Part shown: positions 27,140-37,300 of the stretch, piece after piece
How positions within the stretch are numbered: position 1 is the first letter of the stretch
How the letters are laid out: each line of letters begins with the position of its first letter
IMG/VR virus record: IMGVR_UViG_3300020045_010636
Location: 1 to 43,452 of that record
Strand: one strand, 5' to 3'
DNA length: 43,452 bases
DNA from: a virus
Taxonomy: Duplodnaviria > Caudoviricetes
Notes under the pieces: generated by a model
Database searches by the model: none
Told to the model about the DNA's origin: nothing
The model's input: the letters and a program-made list of their open reading frames with translations, nothing else
Position numbers and translations under genes: made by a program

Positions 27140-27246
27140 GATATAAGCAAAAGAAGTCGAGCATTCTGTTCGATCTGATCATGACATTGCTAACCGGCGG
27201 CCTGTGGCTTATCTGGGTACTCATCAGATATTTGAGGACGCATTAA
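27136..27246 (+). CDS. Small membrane peptide, 36 aa
   Basis: AAGGAGG RBS; LTGGLWLIW. Confidence 0.65.
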   Translation: MRYKQKKSSILFDLIMTLLTGGLWLIWVLIRYLRTH

Positions 27247-27279
27247 CAAATTATTAAAACTTGAAGGGAAGTACTCACC

Positions 27280-27816
27280 ATGCTAAAATCGAGTTTAAAG
27301 ATCGGGGACACGTATACGCGGGGCCAGCAAGAAAGAACTATAGTTGGAATAACAGACACCCTAATCTATTATGTTACAAAAACCGACAAGAAAACAAACG
27401 CCAAGTATAAACTAGACTTCAAACACGGATGTGTTGTTGAAGAGTTTGTCGAGTGGATTGCTAAAGCAGATATGCTCGGTTCTTCCTTGGAGCAGCTTGA
27501 TGTACCTAAATATACCGCGGCTCAAAAAAGAGCAACATACTTAGCTCGTAGTCGCCAATATTTCAAATATAAATGCGAGAAACTTAGAGAAAATTTTGAA
27601 TTTGATAGCTGGGCATACCAAGGTCTGAATTGGGGAGATTGGGATAATTATATAGTACGCCTTATATGTCACAGTCTTGGCGTATGCACGATTGACCAGC
27701 TTCATGAGTCGGAAATAAAAGCTGCTAATGATCTAGCAGTTAACATAATAGATCTTATATTTGAGACGAATGTTGCGGCGTTGATTCGTAAGGAAAAGGG
27801 GAAGCCAAATGAATAG
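27280..27816 (+). CDS. Hypothetical protein
   Basis: ORF with RBS. Confidence 0.6.
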   Translation: MLKSSLKIGDTYTRGQQERTIVGITDTLIYYVTKTDKKTNAKYKLDFKHGCVVEEFVEWIAKADMLGSSLEQLDVPKYTAAQKRATYLARSRQYFKYKCEKLRENFEFDSWAYQGLNWGDWDNYIVRLICHSLGVCTIDQLHESEIKAANDLAVNIIDLIFETNVAALIRKEKGKPNE

Positions 27817-28156
27817 ACAAGCACGGCGTCACCAACCGGCAAAAGTAAAGCCTAAAATTAATGTCTCGACGATGATCTCAAGAGAGATTGACCTGCGTAA
27901 GGACTTTAAGAAAGAAACTGGCGAGATAATAAAAGATACCTGCACGATGTACAGCATAGCGTTGGCAATGGTGCTTGCGGACAAATATCACCAGACGGGC
28001 GACCAAATAACTGCTGTACTTAGCGCGGTAGAGAAGCTCTCAATTGAATTTCTCGAGGATCGCTTGAGTATAGGCGATTGTCGGCGTGCGTTAATCGAGG
28101 ATCTTGACTTATATATCGGCGACGAAAATACTTACAAGCAGTTAGAGACCTGTTAA
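27809..28156 (+). CDS. Hypothetical protein
   Basis: MNRQARR start; overlaps the upstream stop. Confidence 0.6.
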   Translation: MNRQARRHQPAKVKPKINVSTMISREIDLRKDFKKETGEIIKDTCTMYSIALAMVLADKYHQTGDQITAVLSAVEKLSIEFLEDRLSIGDCRRALIEDLDLYIGDENTYKQLETC

Positions 28157-28180
28157 TAATCTTGAAAGGGAGAAATCACC

Positions 28181-28501
28181 ATGAGAATATCAAATAAACC
28201 ACCAATAATTACCGTTTGCGGAAGCTCTCACTTTAAAAAAGAGCTTGTAGAGGCAGTGCGTAGGCTCACATTAGAGGGTAATATTGTACTGTCATGTCCG
28301 TTTTACAATGATACGGACGAAAAATCACTTACCGAGAAGCAAATAACCCTCCTTGTATGGCTGCGCAAGCATGAAATTGAATTGTCTGACTCGATTTATG
28401 TAGTTAACCCGGGCGGTTATATCGGTGGATCAACAATGGACGAAATTAAATATGCGACCTACATGAGTAAAACGGTCGTATTTATGGAGGAGCATATATG
28501 A
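28181..28501 (+). CDS. Nucleoside deoxyribosyltransferase-like / DUF4406-like protein
   Basis: ITVCGS..FK and I..SD.IYVVN.GGYIG.ST..EI.YA. Confidence 0.6.
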   Translation: MRISNKPPIITVCGSSHFKKELVEAVRRLTLEGNIVLSCPFYNDTDEKSLTEKQITLLVWLRKHEIELSDSIYVVNPGGYIGGSTMDEIKYATYMSKTVVFMEEHI

Positions 28502-29172
28502 ACGAAGATAAAGAGATGCTAAAAGATACATTTCCTTCCAATTCTAAGACGAAAAGGATCGAAAAGTCCTCTGCTAGCGAGCAAAAAGGACCAAAAATCG
28601 AGAAAATAGTTGTCGGTACGGTCAAAACTCAGAAGAAATCCTTCAGTAAGAAGCTTGCTGAGACTTTTCTTGAGGATGACACTAAAAGTGTTGGTAATTA
28701 TATCTTCCATGATGTCCTTATACCGGCGGCAAAGGCCGCAATAAGTGATATGGTCGGCGGTGGAATTGAGATGCTGCTCTTCGGCGAGAAGCGTGGTGGT
28801 CGCACCCGCAGAGAAGGCGGTAAATCCTTCACAAGTTATGGCTCATATTACGGCTCAAGTGACCGTAACAAAGACTCCTTAAGAGATAAAGATCGCGGAA
28901 GTCGTGAAATATCTAAGCAAGGACGGAGTAGACATGATTTTGACGAGATTGTACTGGAGACTCGCGGAGAAGCTGAGGAAGTCCTGTCATCTCTTGTGGA
29001 CCTCACTATTGATTACGGTATGGCAAGCGTAGCTGATTTGTATGACATGGTCGGTATTGCTAGCAACTTTACCGACAACAAATATGGTTGGCTTGACTTA
29101 CGCGATTCTAGTGTTAGACGTGTGCGTAGTGGATATCTTCTAAACCTTCCACGGACGCAGCCTTTGGATTAG
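28498..29172 (+). CDS. Conserved phage protein
   Basis: DVLIPAAK, TRGEAE.VL, SVADLYD and TD.KYGW motifs. Confidence 0.65.
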   Translation: MNEDKEMLKDTFPSNSKTKRIEKSSASEQKGPKIEKIVVGTVKTQKKSFSKKLAETFLEDDTKSVGNYIFHDVLIPAAKAAISDMVGGGIEMLLFGEKRGGRTRREGGKSFTSYGSYYGSSDRNKDSLRDKDRGSREISKQGRSRHDFDEIVLETRGEAEEVLSSLVDLTIDYGMASVADLYDMVGIASNFTDNKYGWLDLRDSSVRRVRSGYLLNLPRTQPLD

Positions 29173-29173
29173 G

Positions 29174-29410
29174 GTGACGAGTATGTTTTATGCACTAATC
29201 AGAGACTTTGGGTTGGTCATCACAATGAGATATAGCCCATTTGGCATGTCAATTTTATTCGAATCTGGTAATGGTCAATACGGATATAAGAGAATTGTCT
29301 CACATGCAGAGATATCACAGAGTAATATTGAGGCGTTAATATCAGAGGAGACTCGTCATATTTTTACAAATCTCAAATTAGAAACTATGAACGGTGAGGA
29401 TCCATCATGA
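29174..29410 (+). CDS. Hypothetical protein (start uncertain)
   Basis: Fills the gap in the operon; weak RBS. Confidence 0.4.
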   Translation: MTSMFYALIRDFGLVITMRYSPFGMSILFESGNGQYGYKRIVSHAEISQSNIEALISEETRHIFTNLKLETMNGEDPS

Positions 29411-29772
29411 TGATACGTACTAACTTCGACGGATCCTATAACAATAAACTGCGTATAGGTGTAATAGGGTATAACTCTAAGATCGTACAGTACACGGTAT
29501 TGCCACAGATAAAAGATTTAGAACTTGCTAACGGCCAGCGTGTAGGCAGATTTGCTAAGGGTAGTTTCTTCACAGATGACTGTGAGTATTTTGTATTAAA
29601 CGGTAATGAGGATCGTCTTAGAGGATTCTATCTCGACCAGCTAATTATTGCCGACGACCGTAGGTGGGATGTCTTATATAATCAAGCGTCGCTTATTGAT
29701 AAGGCGCGCGCGTTATTGATTTGCTCGGACGTCCCTTCTGAGCATCAAATCATAAAATTACAATTAGATTAA
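29407..29772 (+). CDS. Hypothetical protein
   Basis: ORF with GAGGA RBS. Confidence 0.55.
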   Translation: MMIRTNFDGSYNNKLRIGVIGYNSKIVQYTVLPQIKDLELANGQRVGRFAKGSFFTDDCEYFVLNGNEDRLRGFYLDQLIIADDRRWDVLYNQASLIDKARALLICSDVPSEHQIIKLQLD

Positions 29773-29787
29773 GGAAGAATTGGAATA

Positions 29788-30033
29788 ATGCTTAAAGTAC
29801 AATGTATTTATGTTACACCGGACTTCCCTGAGGAAATCTATCCTGGCGGCGAATATCTTATGGACACGGCTGACGGTCGTATGGAGAAGAATTGGGAGAT
29901 TGTCGCTGCTGTATATACGACGAACAAACTTTTCCTTGGCTACCTCAATAAGAAGCATTTCAAAACTATGCCGGACGGCTACAGCCATAAACACTCACGA
30001 GCCATGCTAAATATGGCCAAAGGAGATAAGTGA
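29788..30033 (+). CDS. Hypothetical protein
   Basis: ORF in operon context. Confidence 0.5.
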   Translation: MLKVQCIYVTPDFPEEIYPGGEYLMDTADGRMEKNWEIVAAVYTTNKLFLGYLNKKHFKTMPDGYSHKHSRAMLNMAKGDK

Positions 30034-30034
30034 G

Positions 30035-30148
30035 ATGACTAAAACATATTACAATATTTGCCCTAATTGTGGGGCGAACCTCGATCCTTGTGAGAGTTGC
30101 GATTGTATGGATGAGAAAGAAGGAGATACCGATGATAGAAGTAATTAG
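30035..30148 (+). CDS. Cys-rich micro-protein, 37 aa (not in ORF track)
   Basis: AAAGGAG RBS; MTKTYYNICPNCGANLDPCESCDC. Confidence 0.65.
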   Translation: MTKTYYNICPNCGANLDPCESCDCMDEKEGDTDDRSN

Positions 30149-30623
30149 AGACTCCAGCTCGGATAGTCGGGCTACGGATGGTAAAGTAACTATCGGCAAA
30201 CTTGAGCTGGCTACGGCCTTGCATATTGACGAGGTGGCCGCAGGGCTGGATTTCTTCTCTGATATGCTAAAAGAAGCTGGTAGACGCCATGATCGCACAA
30301 AAGTTCTAGACATGGTCGATTTCCACGCCGCTTTGCAATCCGGCAATATTAAAAAGAGCCAGTGGTACAAGATGCATATTAAAGAGGAGCGTCACCATCT
30401 TAAGGCTAACGTGCCTTAGGATAGTACGCTAATCGACGTGCTAGAGCACCTGACAGATTGTGTGATGGCTGGGTCGGCAAGAACCGGTGAGATATTTGAT
30501 CAGGAGCTTACGGACGAGGTCTTGCAAAAGGCGCACAAGAATACCATAGAGCTGCTGAAGAGGCAGGTCGCAGTGTTTGGCGTAGATAAATCGGAGGTAG
30601 ACGATGATAGATCTAAATCCTGA
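30132..30623 (+). pseudogene. HD-like (DUF5662-like) gene interrupted by an in-frame TAG at 30417-30419
   Basis: H..EV, HDRTK, ERHHL.ANVP*DSTLIDVLEHL.DCVMAG continues in the same frame. Confidence 0.65.
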
Positions 30624-30798
30624 GTATCAAGACGAGGTCAAGCATAAGAAAAATGACATGGTCGGTGTGGTAATTGCTAAGTATGTTGAGGGTAATGTTA
30701 TATATCTCGACGTACGTGGCTATGACGACCGTATATACTACCGCACACCAATGTCTAACTGGGAAGTAGTGCGCCTTAGAGCGACTATTGAAGAGTAA
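30604..30798 (+). CDS. Hypothetical protein
   Basis: GGAGG RBS. Confidence 0.55.
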   Translation: MIDLNPEYQDEVKHKKNDMVGVVIAKYVEGNVIYLDVRGYDDRIYYRTPMSNWEVVRLRATIEE

Positions 30799-30799
30799 C

Positions 30800-30824
30800 T
30801 CGCAAAAATAACATACGCTCTAAT
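30800..30824 (+). promoter_or_regulatory. Repeated promoter-like motif
   Basis: TCGC aaaaa TAAC atacg CTC TAAT. Confidence 0.75.
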
Positions 30825-30909
30825 GAGAGGGAACGTAATAACAATTGGGGCTTAGCCTTGCAGAAGACAAGGAGATGCAATAACAACAAGGACGTAGCCC
30901 TCCTCTTTT
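30825..30909 (+). ncRNA. Structured small RNA candidate
   Basis: GAGGG/CCCTC and ACGT/ACGT closing helices, CCTTG-CAGAAGA-CAAGG hairpin, two AATAACAA copies, T tract. Confidence 0.55.
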
Positions 30910-30936
30910 GTCTCAGATTAAAAAAGGAGAAACACC

Positions 30937-31146
30937 ATGAATAATAATATCCCAGAGGAAATTAGAGAGCGCATGGGTCTTGTCTACGAATGGAATCTAT
31001 TGGCTGATAATATCAATCGAGAGTATGATGAACTCGACCGACTTGAGCGGGAAATTCTAAGAATTGAAAAACGCAAAGACGACCTTAAAGCCCGAATTGC
31101 TCGGGACGAAGAGCGTTTTAATGCTGCTCTAAAACGAATCATTTAA
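30937..31146 (+). CDS. Hypothetical coiled-coil protein
   Basis: AAAGGAG RBS. Confidence 0.6.
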   Translation: MNNNIPEEIRERMGLVYEWNLLADNINREYDELDRLEREILRIEKRKDDLKARIARDEERFNAALKRII

Positions 31147-31175
31147 CAAAATTAATATTAAAAAGGAGAAACACC

Positions 31176-32108
31176 ATGAAATTTACTAAATTAGCAAACG
31201 GCCTGTCCAAGATGACCGGACGTAGCGGTCTTGTTATCCAGAAGCACAGCCCAGAGATCCTTCTTGTTATGGGTATTGCCGGTACGGTTGTATCTGCGGT
31301 ATTAGCTTGCAGATCGACACTTAAAGTTGAGGGGGTCCTCGACGAGCATAAAGAGAAGATAGATAAGATCTCTGAGGTGTGGGAGAAAGTCAAAGAGGGC
31401 GAGATTGCTCTTGACGAGTACTCCGAGACCGACCATAAGAAAGATCTGACCGTGGTCTACACTCAGACGGCCGTTGAGTTCATCAAGCTGTATGGCCCCG
31501 CTATAACCCTTGGCGTTGCGTCTATCGCTTGTATTATCAGCGGGCATGGTATTATGCAGAAGCGCAATCTCGCTCTTGTAGCGGCTTACAAGGCCGTTGA
31601 GGAGGGTTTTAACGCCTATCGCAAGCGTGTTACCGACGAATATGGCGAAGAAACCGATTATATGTTTAAAAATGGTCTGCATTCTGAGACTGTGGTTGAG
31701 ACAGAAGTCGGTGAGGACGGTAAGATCCGCAAAGTCAAGAAGACCAAACTCAAATCCGAGGATCCGAACGGACTCAGCGTATATGCTAGGTTCTTTGACG
31801 AGAGTTGTGCTCAGTGGACTAAGACTCCCGAATACAACTTCATGTTCCTCAGAGCCCAGCAGAATTACCATAACGACTTGCTAAAAGCACGCGGACATGT
31901 CTTCTTGAATGAGGTATACGACGCGCTTGGTATCCAGAGAACGCAGGCTGGCTCTGTGGTTGGTTGGGTTATCGGCGATGGCGACAACTTCATCGACTTT
32001 GGTATATTCGACGCTGACCGCGAGAAGGCTAGAGACTTTGTCAATGGCTACGAGCGTTCGATCCTGCTCGACTTCAACGTGGATGGGGTTATCTACGACC
32101 TTATTTGA
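31176..32108 (+). CDS. Conserved phage protein (DUF6353-like)
   Basis: KHSPEIL, YRKRV, GHVFLNEVYD.LG and LDFNVDG motifs. Confidence 0.75.
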   Translation: MKFTKLANGLSKMTGRSGLVIQKHSPEILLVMGIAGTVVSAVLACRSTLKVEGVLDEHKEKIDKISEVWEKVKEGEIALDEYSETDHKKDLTVVYTQTAVEFIKLYGPAITLGVASIACIISGHGIMQKRNLALVAAYKAVEEGFNAYRKRVTDEYGEETDYMFKNGLHSETVVETEVGEDGKIRKVKKTKLKSEDPNGLSVYARFFDESCAQWTKTPEYNFMFLRAQQNYHNDLLKARGHVFLNEVYDALGIQRTQAGSVVGWVIGDGDNFIDFGIFDADREKARDFVNGYERSILLDFNVDGVIYDLI

Positions 32109-32201
32109 AGGCGTGACGGCTTAGATGCCATAGGATCGGGTAACAAATGGCGAGATGAGCTTGACTATCCGGAAATATATACTTGCTACTAGGAGGCTAT
32201 C

Positions 32202-32405
32202 ATGGACGAATATGATGCTATTTTATCCTTGAGTTACGATCCCGTAGAGAATGCTTTTTACGATGACTGTGGTTTTAGGATTATCAACATACTCGAGGTG
32301 ATAGCCCCTAATGACATATTCTTGTTCCGAAAAGACCACGAGCGTAATCTAATTGTCGACCGTGAATATCCAAGGATCTTATATGAAATAACTATTGACC
32401 AGTAA
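32202..32405 (+). CDS. Hypothetical protein
   Basis: AGGAGG RBS. Confidence 0.55.
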   Translation: MDEYDAILSLSYDPVENAFYDDCGFRIINILEVIAPNDIFLFRKDHERNLIVDREYPRILYEITIDQ

Positions 32406-32430
32406 ATCTGGCAAAGAAAGAGTGACTATT

Positions 32431-32622
32431 ATGCATAAAGAGATACTTAGCAAATTCAAAGAGCTTTGCCCAACCATCATTTGTAAAATGTGGTGGAAGA
32501 AAGGCCATAACGCTATCAAAATCCGCACGGACGTTTCCGACGTCGTCTTTACCTACAATGATAAGGACGATTGGAAAATCGAGACAAAGAAAATGTTCGA
32601 GGCGGCCGAAGCTAAGGCTTAA
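32431..32622 (+). CDS. Hypothetical protein
   Basis: ORF; start chosen at ATG 32431. Confidence 0.5.
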   Translation: MHKEILSKFKELCPTIICKMWWKKGHNAIKIRTDVSDVVFTYNDKDDWKIETKKMFEAAEAKA

Positions 32623-32706
32623 CCACCGGTTATCGGAGCAAGAAAACACAGATTACGCTCGGGTCGACTTATAAAAAATATTATCTTGAAAGGGAGATTA
32701 ATCACC

Positions 32707-33486
32707 ATGAATAAACAAATTATTGCTAGGATCGCGATATTCGGCTTAGGTATAGGTGTTGGATTCCTTATTGCTAAGAAATACTACGAGCACGTTGTGC
32801 AAGAGGAAATAGAAAGCGTTAAGGAGCATCTTGGATCGCACATTCCCGGCTTGTATAGGAAGGACTGGGGAACGATGGATGATAACCGATCAAAATCAGA
32901 CGACGGCCACACAGGAAATGATCCGTCAGTTGCGCCGGATGATAGTAAATTTCGTACGGCCGCAAATCCTATGAGTAGATCGTCTTTGGATAACAACCCT
33001 TATGAGCAAGCTAAGAAGAACTATTCCTTAGTGAAGCCGGTTGTTGAAGAGGAAGAAGATTGTGATGAGGATACGGACGCCGCTGGTATGACTGAGGCAG
33101 ATAGTGAAAGAATGTCTGAGATTATACGGACGCTTCCTTATATTATTGACGATCAGTCGTTCTGCGAGGAGTATAACAATCATGATAAGATATCGTTGTA
33201 TTACTACAGGGCGGATGATGTCTTGTGTGAGGAGAGCGAGGAGATTATTGATGACGTTGAGGGTACGATCGGATATGACGCACTAGCTAAGCTGGACACT
33301 CAGACGTCCGTATGGGTACGCAATGAGCCTCTAGCAATCGATTATGAGGTTATTTCGCTGAATAAATCGTATGCGGAAGTAGTCCTTGGGGTTGGTGTAG
33401 ATGTAAATTTAAGCCCCAGGGAGAAGTATTTGAGGCAGCAAAGGAGGAAAGAAAACGGTGAGGAATATTCACGGCGTGAAGAATAA
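32707..33486 (+). CDS. Conserved phage protein with N-terminal TM and an acidic domain
   Basis: PYII....F, SL.YY..D.VL, V.VRN.....DYE. Confidence 0.7.
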   Translation: MNKQIIARIAIFGLGIGVGFLIAKKYYEHVVQEEIESVKEHLGSHIPGLYRKDWGTMDDNRSKSDDGHTGNDPSVAPDDSKFRTAANPMSRSSLDNNPYEQAKKNYSLVKPVVEEEEDCDEDTDAAGMTEADSERMSEIIRTLPYIIDDQSFCEEYNNHDKISLYYYRADDVLCEESEEIIDDVEGTIGYDALAKLDTQTSVWVRNEPLAIDYEVISLNKSYAEVVLGVGVDVNLSPREKYLRQQRRKENGEEYSRREE

Positions 33487-34033
33487 GTACTTTAAATTCT
33501 TGTGTGGTCTTGTGGTACGAGATGGCATGGGTAAGGATACGTACGATCTTCTTTTGAGAGAATTATATGGGGTTGACTTCTATTCGTTGATCCCGAATGA
33601 TGATAATAGAGGCGAGGATGGTAAACAATTACGCCACAAATTTATAGATGAGGGAGGGCAACAGGCCCTTTCTCTGTCCGGTTTTTATATGAGTGGGCAG
33701 CAAGAAGAGCCTTGTACAGTGCTTGAAATGTTGATTGGATTGGCCTTTAGACTTGAATTTGAGGTTGCAAACAGTCGTTGGGAGAGGCATCCGAGCGAGT
33801 GGTTTTGGATATTGATCGATAATTTAGGTCTTAGTTGGTGTGATAATGCGGCGTTTCAAGAGGAGGATACTGTTGATTTTGTCAGCAGAAAGGTGGCCGA
33901 ACTGCTCCAAAGACACTATAAAGATGACGGAAATGGCGGTTTATTCCCTCTAAAAGACCCTAAAAAAGATCAAAGAAGGATCGAAATTTGGTATCAAATG
34001 AGTGCATATATGCTCGAAAACTACCCGATTTAG
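33458..34033 (+). CDS. Conserved phage protein
   Basis: D.NR..DG..LR, CTVLEMLIGLA.R, GGLFP and EIWYQM motifs. Confidence 0.7.
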   Translation: MRNIHGVKNKYFKFLCGLVVRDGMGKDTYDLLLRELYGVDFYSLIPNDDNRGEDGKQLRHKFIDEGGQQALSLSGFYMSGQQEEPCTVLEMLIGLAFRLEFEVANSRWERHPSEWFWILIDNLGLSWCDNAAFQEEDTVDFVSRKVAELLQRHYKDDGNGGLFPLKDPKKDQRRIEIWYQMSAYMLENYPI

Positions 34034-34040
34034 CATTTTT

Positions 34041-34353
34041 AAAAGTGTAACAAAACGTAACAAAAGTGTAACAAAACGTAACAAATGTTACACTTTTTTT
34101 TCGGAAATTTTTTAACCCTACATTTCGGGTTTTGAAGAAAAGTGATTTTGTTACGAAAAAACGTAACAATGTTACACTTTTGTTACACTTTTGAAAACCC
34201 GCAAACCCTTGCAATTACTAGGTTTTTGGGCATTTTGTTACAATGTTACACTTTTTTCTCCTATTATTGTACGGAAAGTATAAAAATAATGAAAAATATA
34301 CATTTCTATATATTAATAGGGAAATGGGTGTAAAAGTGTAACAAGTGTAACAT
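34041..34353. repeat. Iteron-like GTAACA/TGTTAC cluster, candidate replication origin
   Basis: 13 copies (7 forward, 6 reverse) in an AT-rich intergenic gap upstream of the replicase gene. Confidence 0.75.
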
Positions 34354-34394
34354 CTCCTAAAAAATACCAGTCTCAAGCGAAAGGAGGACAACCC

Positions 34395-37300
34395 GTGGAT
34401 TTCTATCAAATTGTCGAGGCGGAAGAGACTACTAAGAAAAAGAAGACGCTTAAGATATATCCAGACTTCAAAGCGTGTCGTTCGAAGGATTTGATGATTC
34501 GCGGGAGATCATTTTATGCCATATGGGACGAAACCAAACAAATGTGGTCAACCGACGAGTATGATATACAGCGGTTAGTTGATCGTGAGTTAAACGAAAG
34601 AAAACAAAAACGAGAAGATGACGGTTATGACGGCGAGATTCAAGTGAAGAGCATGCTGAGTTTCTCATCTAATATGTGGAGAAATTATCGTGCGTTCATT
34701 CGAGAGATGTCGGATAACTCTCATCAATTAGATAACAACCTTATATTCTCGAACACGGAAGTAAAGAAGAACGACTACGTTAGCCGTAGACTACCATATC
34801 CTCTTGAGGAAGGCTCTATAGAAGCTTACGACAAATTGGTCGGCACACTTTATGATCCGGAAGAAAGAGCGAAGCTTGAATGGGCAGTTGGCGCTATTGT
34901 CGCTGGCGACGCAAGAAACATTCAAAAGTTTATAGTGTTATATGGCGAGGCCGGCTCTGGTAAATCGACGTTTCTTAATATAATACAAAAATTATTCGAC
35001 GGATATTATACGATGTTCGAAGCCAAGGCCCTTACGAGTAACGGTAATTCCTTTTCAACAGAGGTCTTTAGAAACAATCCTCTAATAGCAATTCAACACG
35101 ACGGTGACCTATCAAGAATCGAAGATAACACAAAACTTAATTCAATCATATCTCATGAAGAGATGACAATGAATGAAAAGTTTAAACCATCATATACTAG
35201 CAGATCAAATGCATTTCTATTCATGGGCACAAATAAACCAGTTAAGATAACTGACGCTAAGTCGGGAATTATTAGACGACTCATCGATGTACGTCCAAGT
35301 GGTAACAAAGTTCCAACAAAACAATATCACACGTTGTTGAGTAAGACTGAGTTTGAGCTTGGGGCAATAGCCTGGCACTGCCTACAAGTATATCAAGAAA
35401 TGGGTAAGAATTATTATTCAAGTTATCGCCCGTTGGAGATGATGTTCCAGACAGACGTATTCTTTAACTTTGTAGAAACCAATTACTGCATTTTCAAAGA
35501 GCAGAATGGAGTTACACTTGCCCAAGCGTACGATATCTATAAGTTATATTGCGAAGAGGCTCTTGTGGACTTTAAACTTCCACGACATAAATTTAGAGAA
35601 GAATTAAAGTCTTACTTTGAGAAGTTCTCGGATATGACGCGCATTGATGGTAAGCAGGTTCGCAGCTACTACTCTAATTTCTTAGTCGATAAGTTTACGG
35701 CAGTGGCAACGTCAAAGAAAGAAGAGAAACCTTGTTCGCTTGTTTTAGATGAGTGCATATCAATAATTGATGAGATGTTATCATCTTGCCCAGCACAATA
35801 TGCAACCGCAAATGAGACACCAGAAAAGAAGTGGTCCGAAGTACAAACAAAACTCTCGGATATTAATACAAAGAATATTCACTATCTTAGACCACCAGTT
35901 AATCATATTGTAGTAGATTTTGATTTGAAGGATTCAACAGGTAATAAATCTTTAGAATTAAATCTTGCCGCAGCTAGTGAGTGGCCAACTACATATGCGG
36001 AGTTTAGTAAAAGTGGAGCGGGCATTCATCTTCATTATATCTATGATGGAGACGCAACTAAACTAAGTAGGGTATATTCGGAAGGAATTGAGATCAAAGT
36101 ATTTAGTGGTCAAGCATCCCTAAGAAGAAAACTATCAAAATGCAACAAGTCACCAGTAGCATCTATCAGTAGTGGATTACCATTGAAAGGAGAAAAGATG
36201 ATTAATTTTGATGTGGTTAAAAATGAAAAGGGTTTAAGAAATCTGATTCTTAGCAATCTCAATAAAGAAATTCATCCCGGAACAAAACCAAGCATCGACT
36301 TTATATTCAAGATACTAGGTGATGCATATGTGTCAGGTATGAAGTACGATGTGACAGATCTTAGACCTCGCATATTAGCGTTTGCAAATAATTCCTCTCA
36401 CCAAGCGGATTATTGTATAAAGCTAGTAAATAAGATGCAGTTCGCTTCAGAAGAAATAAGCGAGCCATCCTCCGATTACAAAAGTGATGATTTGATATTC
36501 TATGACGTTGAGGTATTTCCGAATTTGTTCATCGTATGTTGGAAGGCTGAAAACAGAGATCCGGTAAAGATGATTAACCCCTCCGCAAAAGATATTGAAG
36601 AGTTGATGAGTTTTAAACTTGTTGGGTTCAATTGCCGGAGGTATGATAATCATATCCTATACGCAAGATATGTAGGATACACAAATGAGCAACTTTATCA
36701 ACTAAGTCAAAAGATTATTAATAATAGTCGGAATGGCTTGTTCGGAGAAGCCTATAATATTTCATATACTGATGTGTATGACTTTGCTTCTGCTGGAAAT
36801 AAAAAGGGTCTGAAAAAGTTTGAGATAGAACTAGGGATCCATCATCAAGAGTTAGGTCTTAAATGGGATGAACCAGTAGCAGAGAATATGTGGGAGACCG
36901 TTGCAGATTATTGTTGTAATGACGTTGTGGCGACAGAAGCGGTATTCTATCATCTATCTGGCGACTGGGCCGCGAGACAAATACTCGCCGAGTTGAGTGG
37001 TTTAACTGTAAATGACACAACAAACCAACACTCAATAAAGATTGTATTTGGTAATGAGAAACGACCACAGAGTCAATTCGTGTATACCGATCTTAGTGAG
37101 ATGTTTCCAGGATACACATTTCAGAATGGTATTAGCACTTATCGAGGAATAAAAGTTGGTGAGGGCGGATATGTGTATTCTGAACCAGGCATGTATCCTA
37201 ATGTTGCACTTTTAGATATCGCAGCAATGCACCCTACAAGTATTGAGCAGCTAAACATGTTCGGCCCCTATACTAAGAATTACAGCGATTTAAAGAAGGG

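Noticed and set aside
33960-34409. Short ORFs across the GTAACA repeat region
   Set aside because: Low-complexity translations of the repeats with no RBS.
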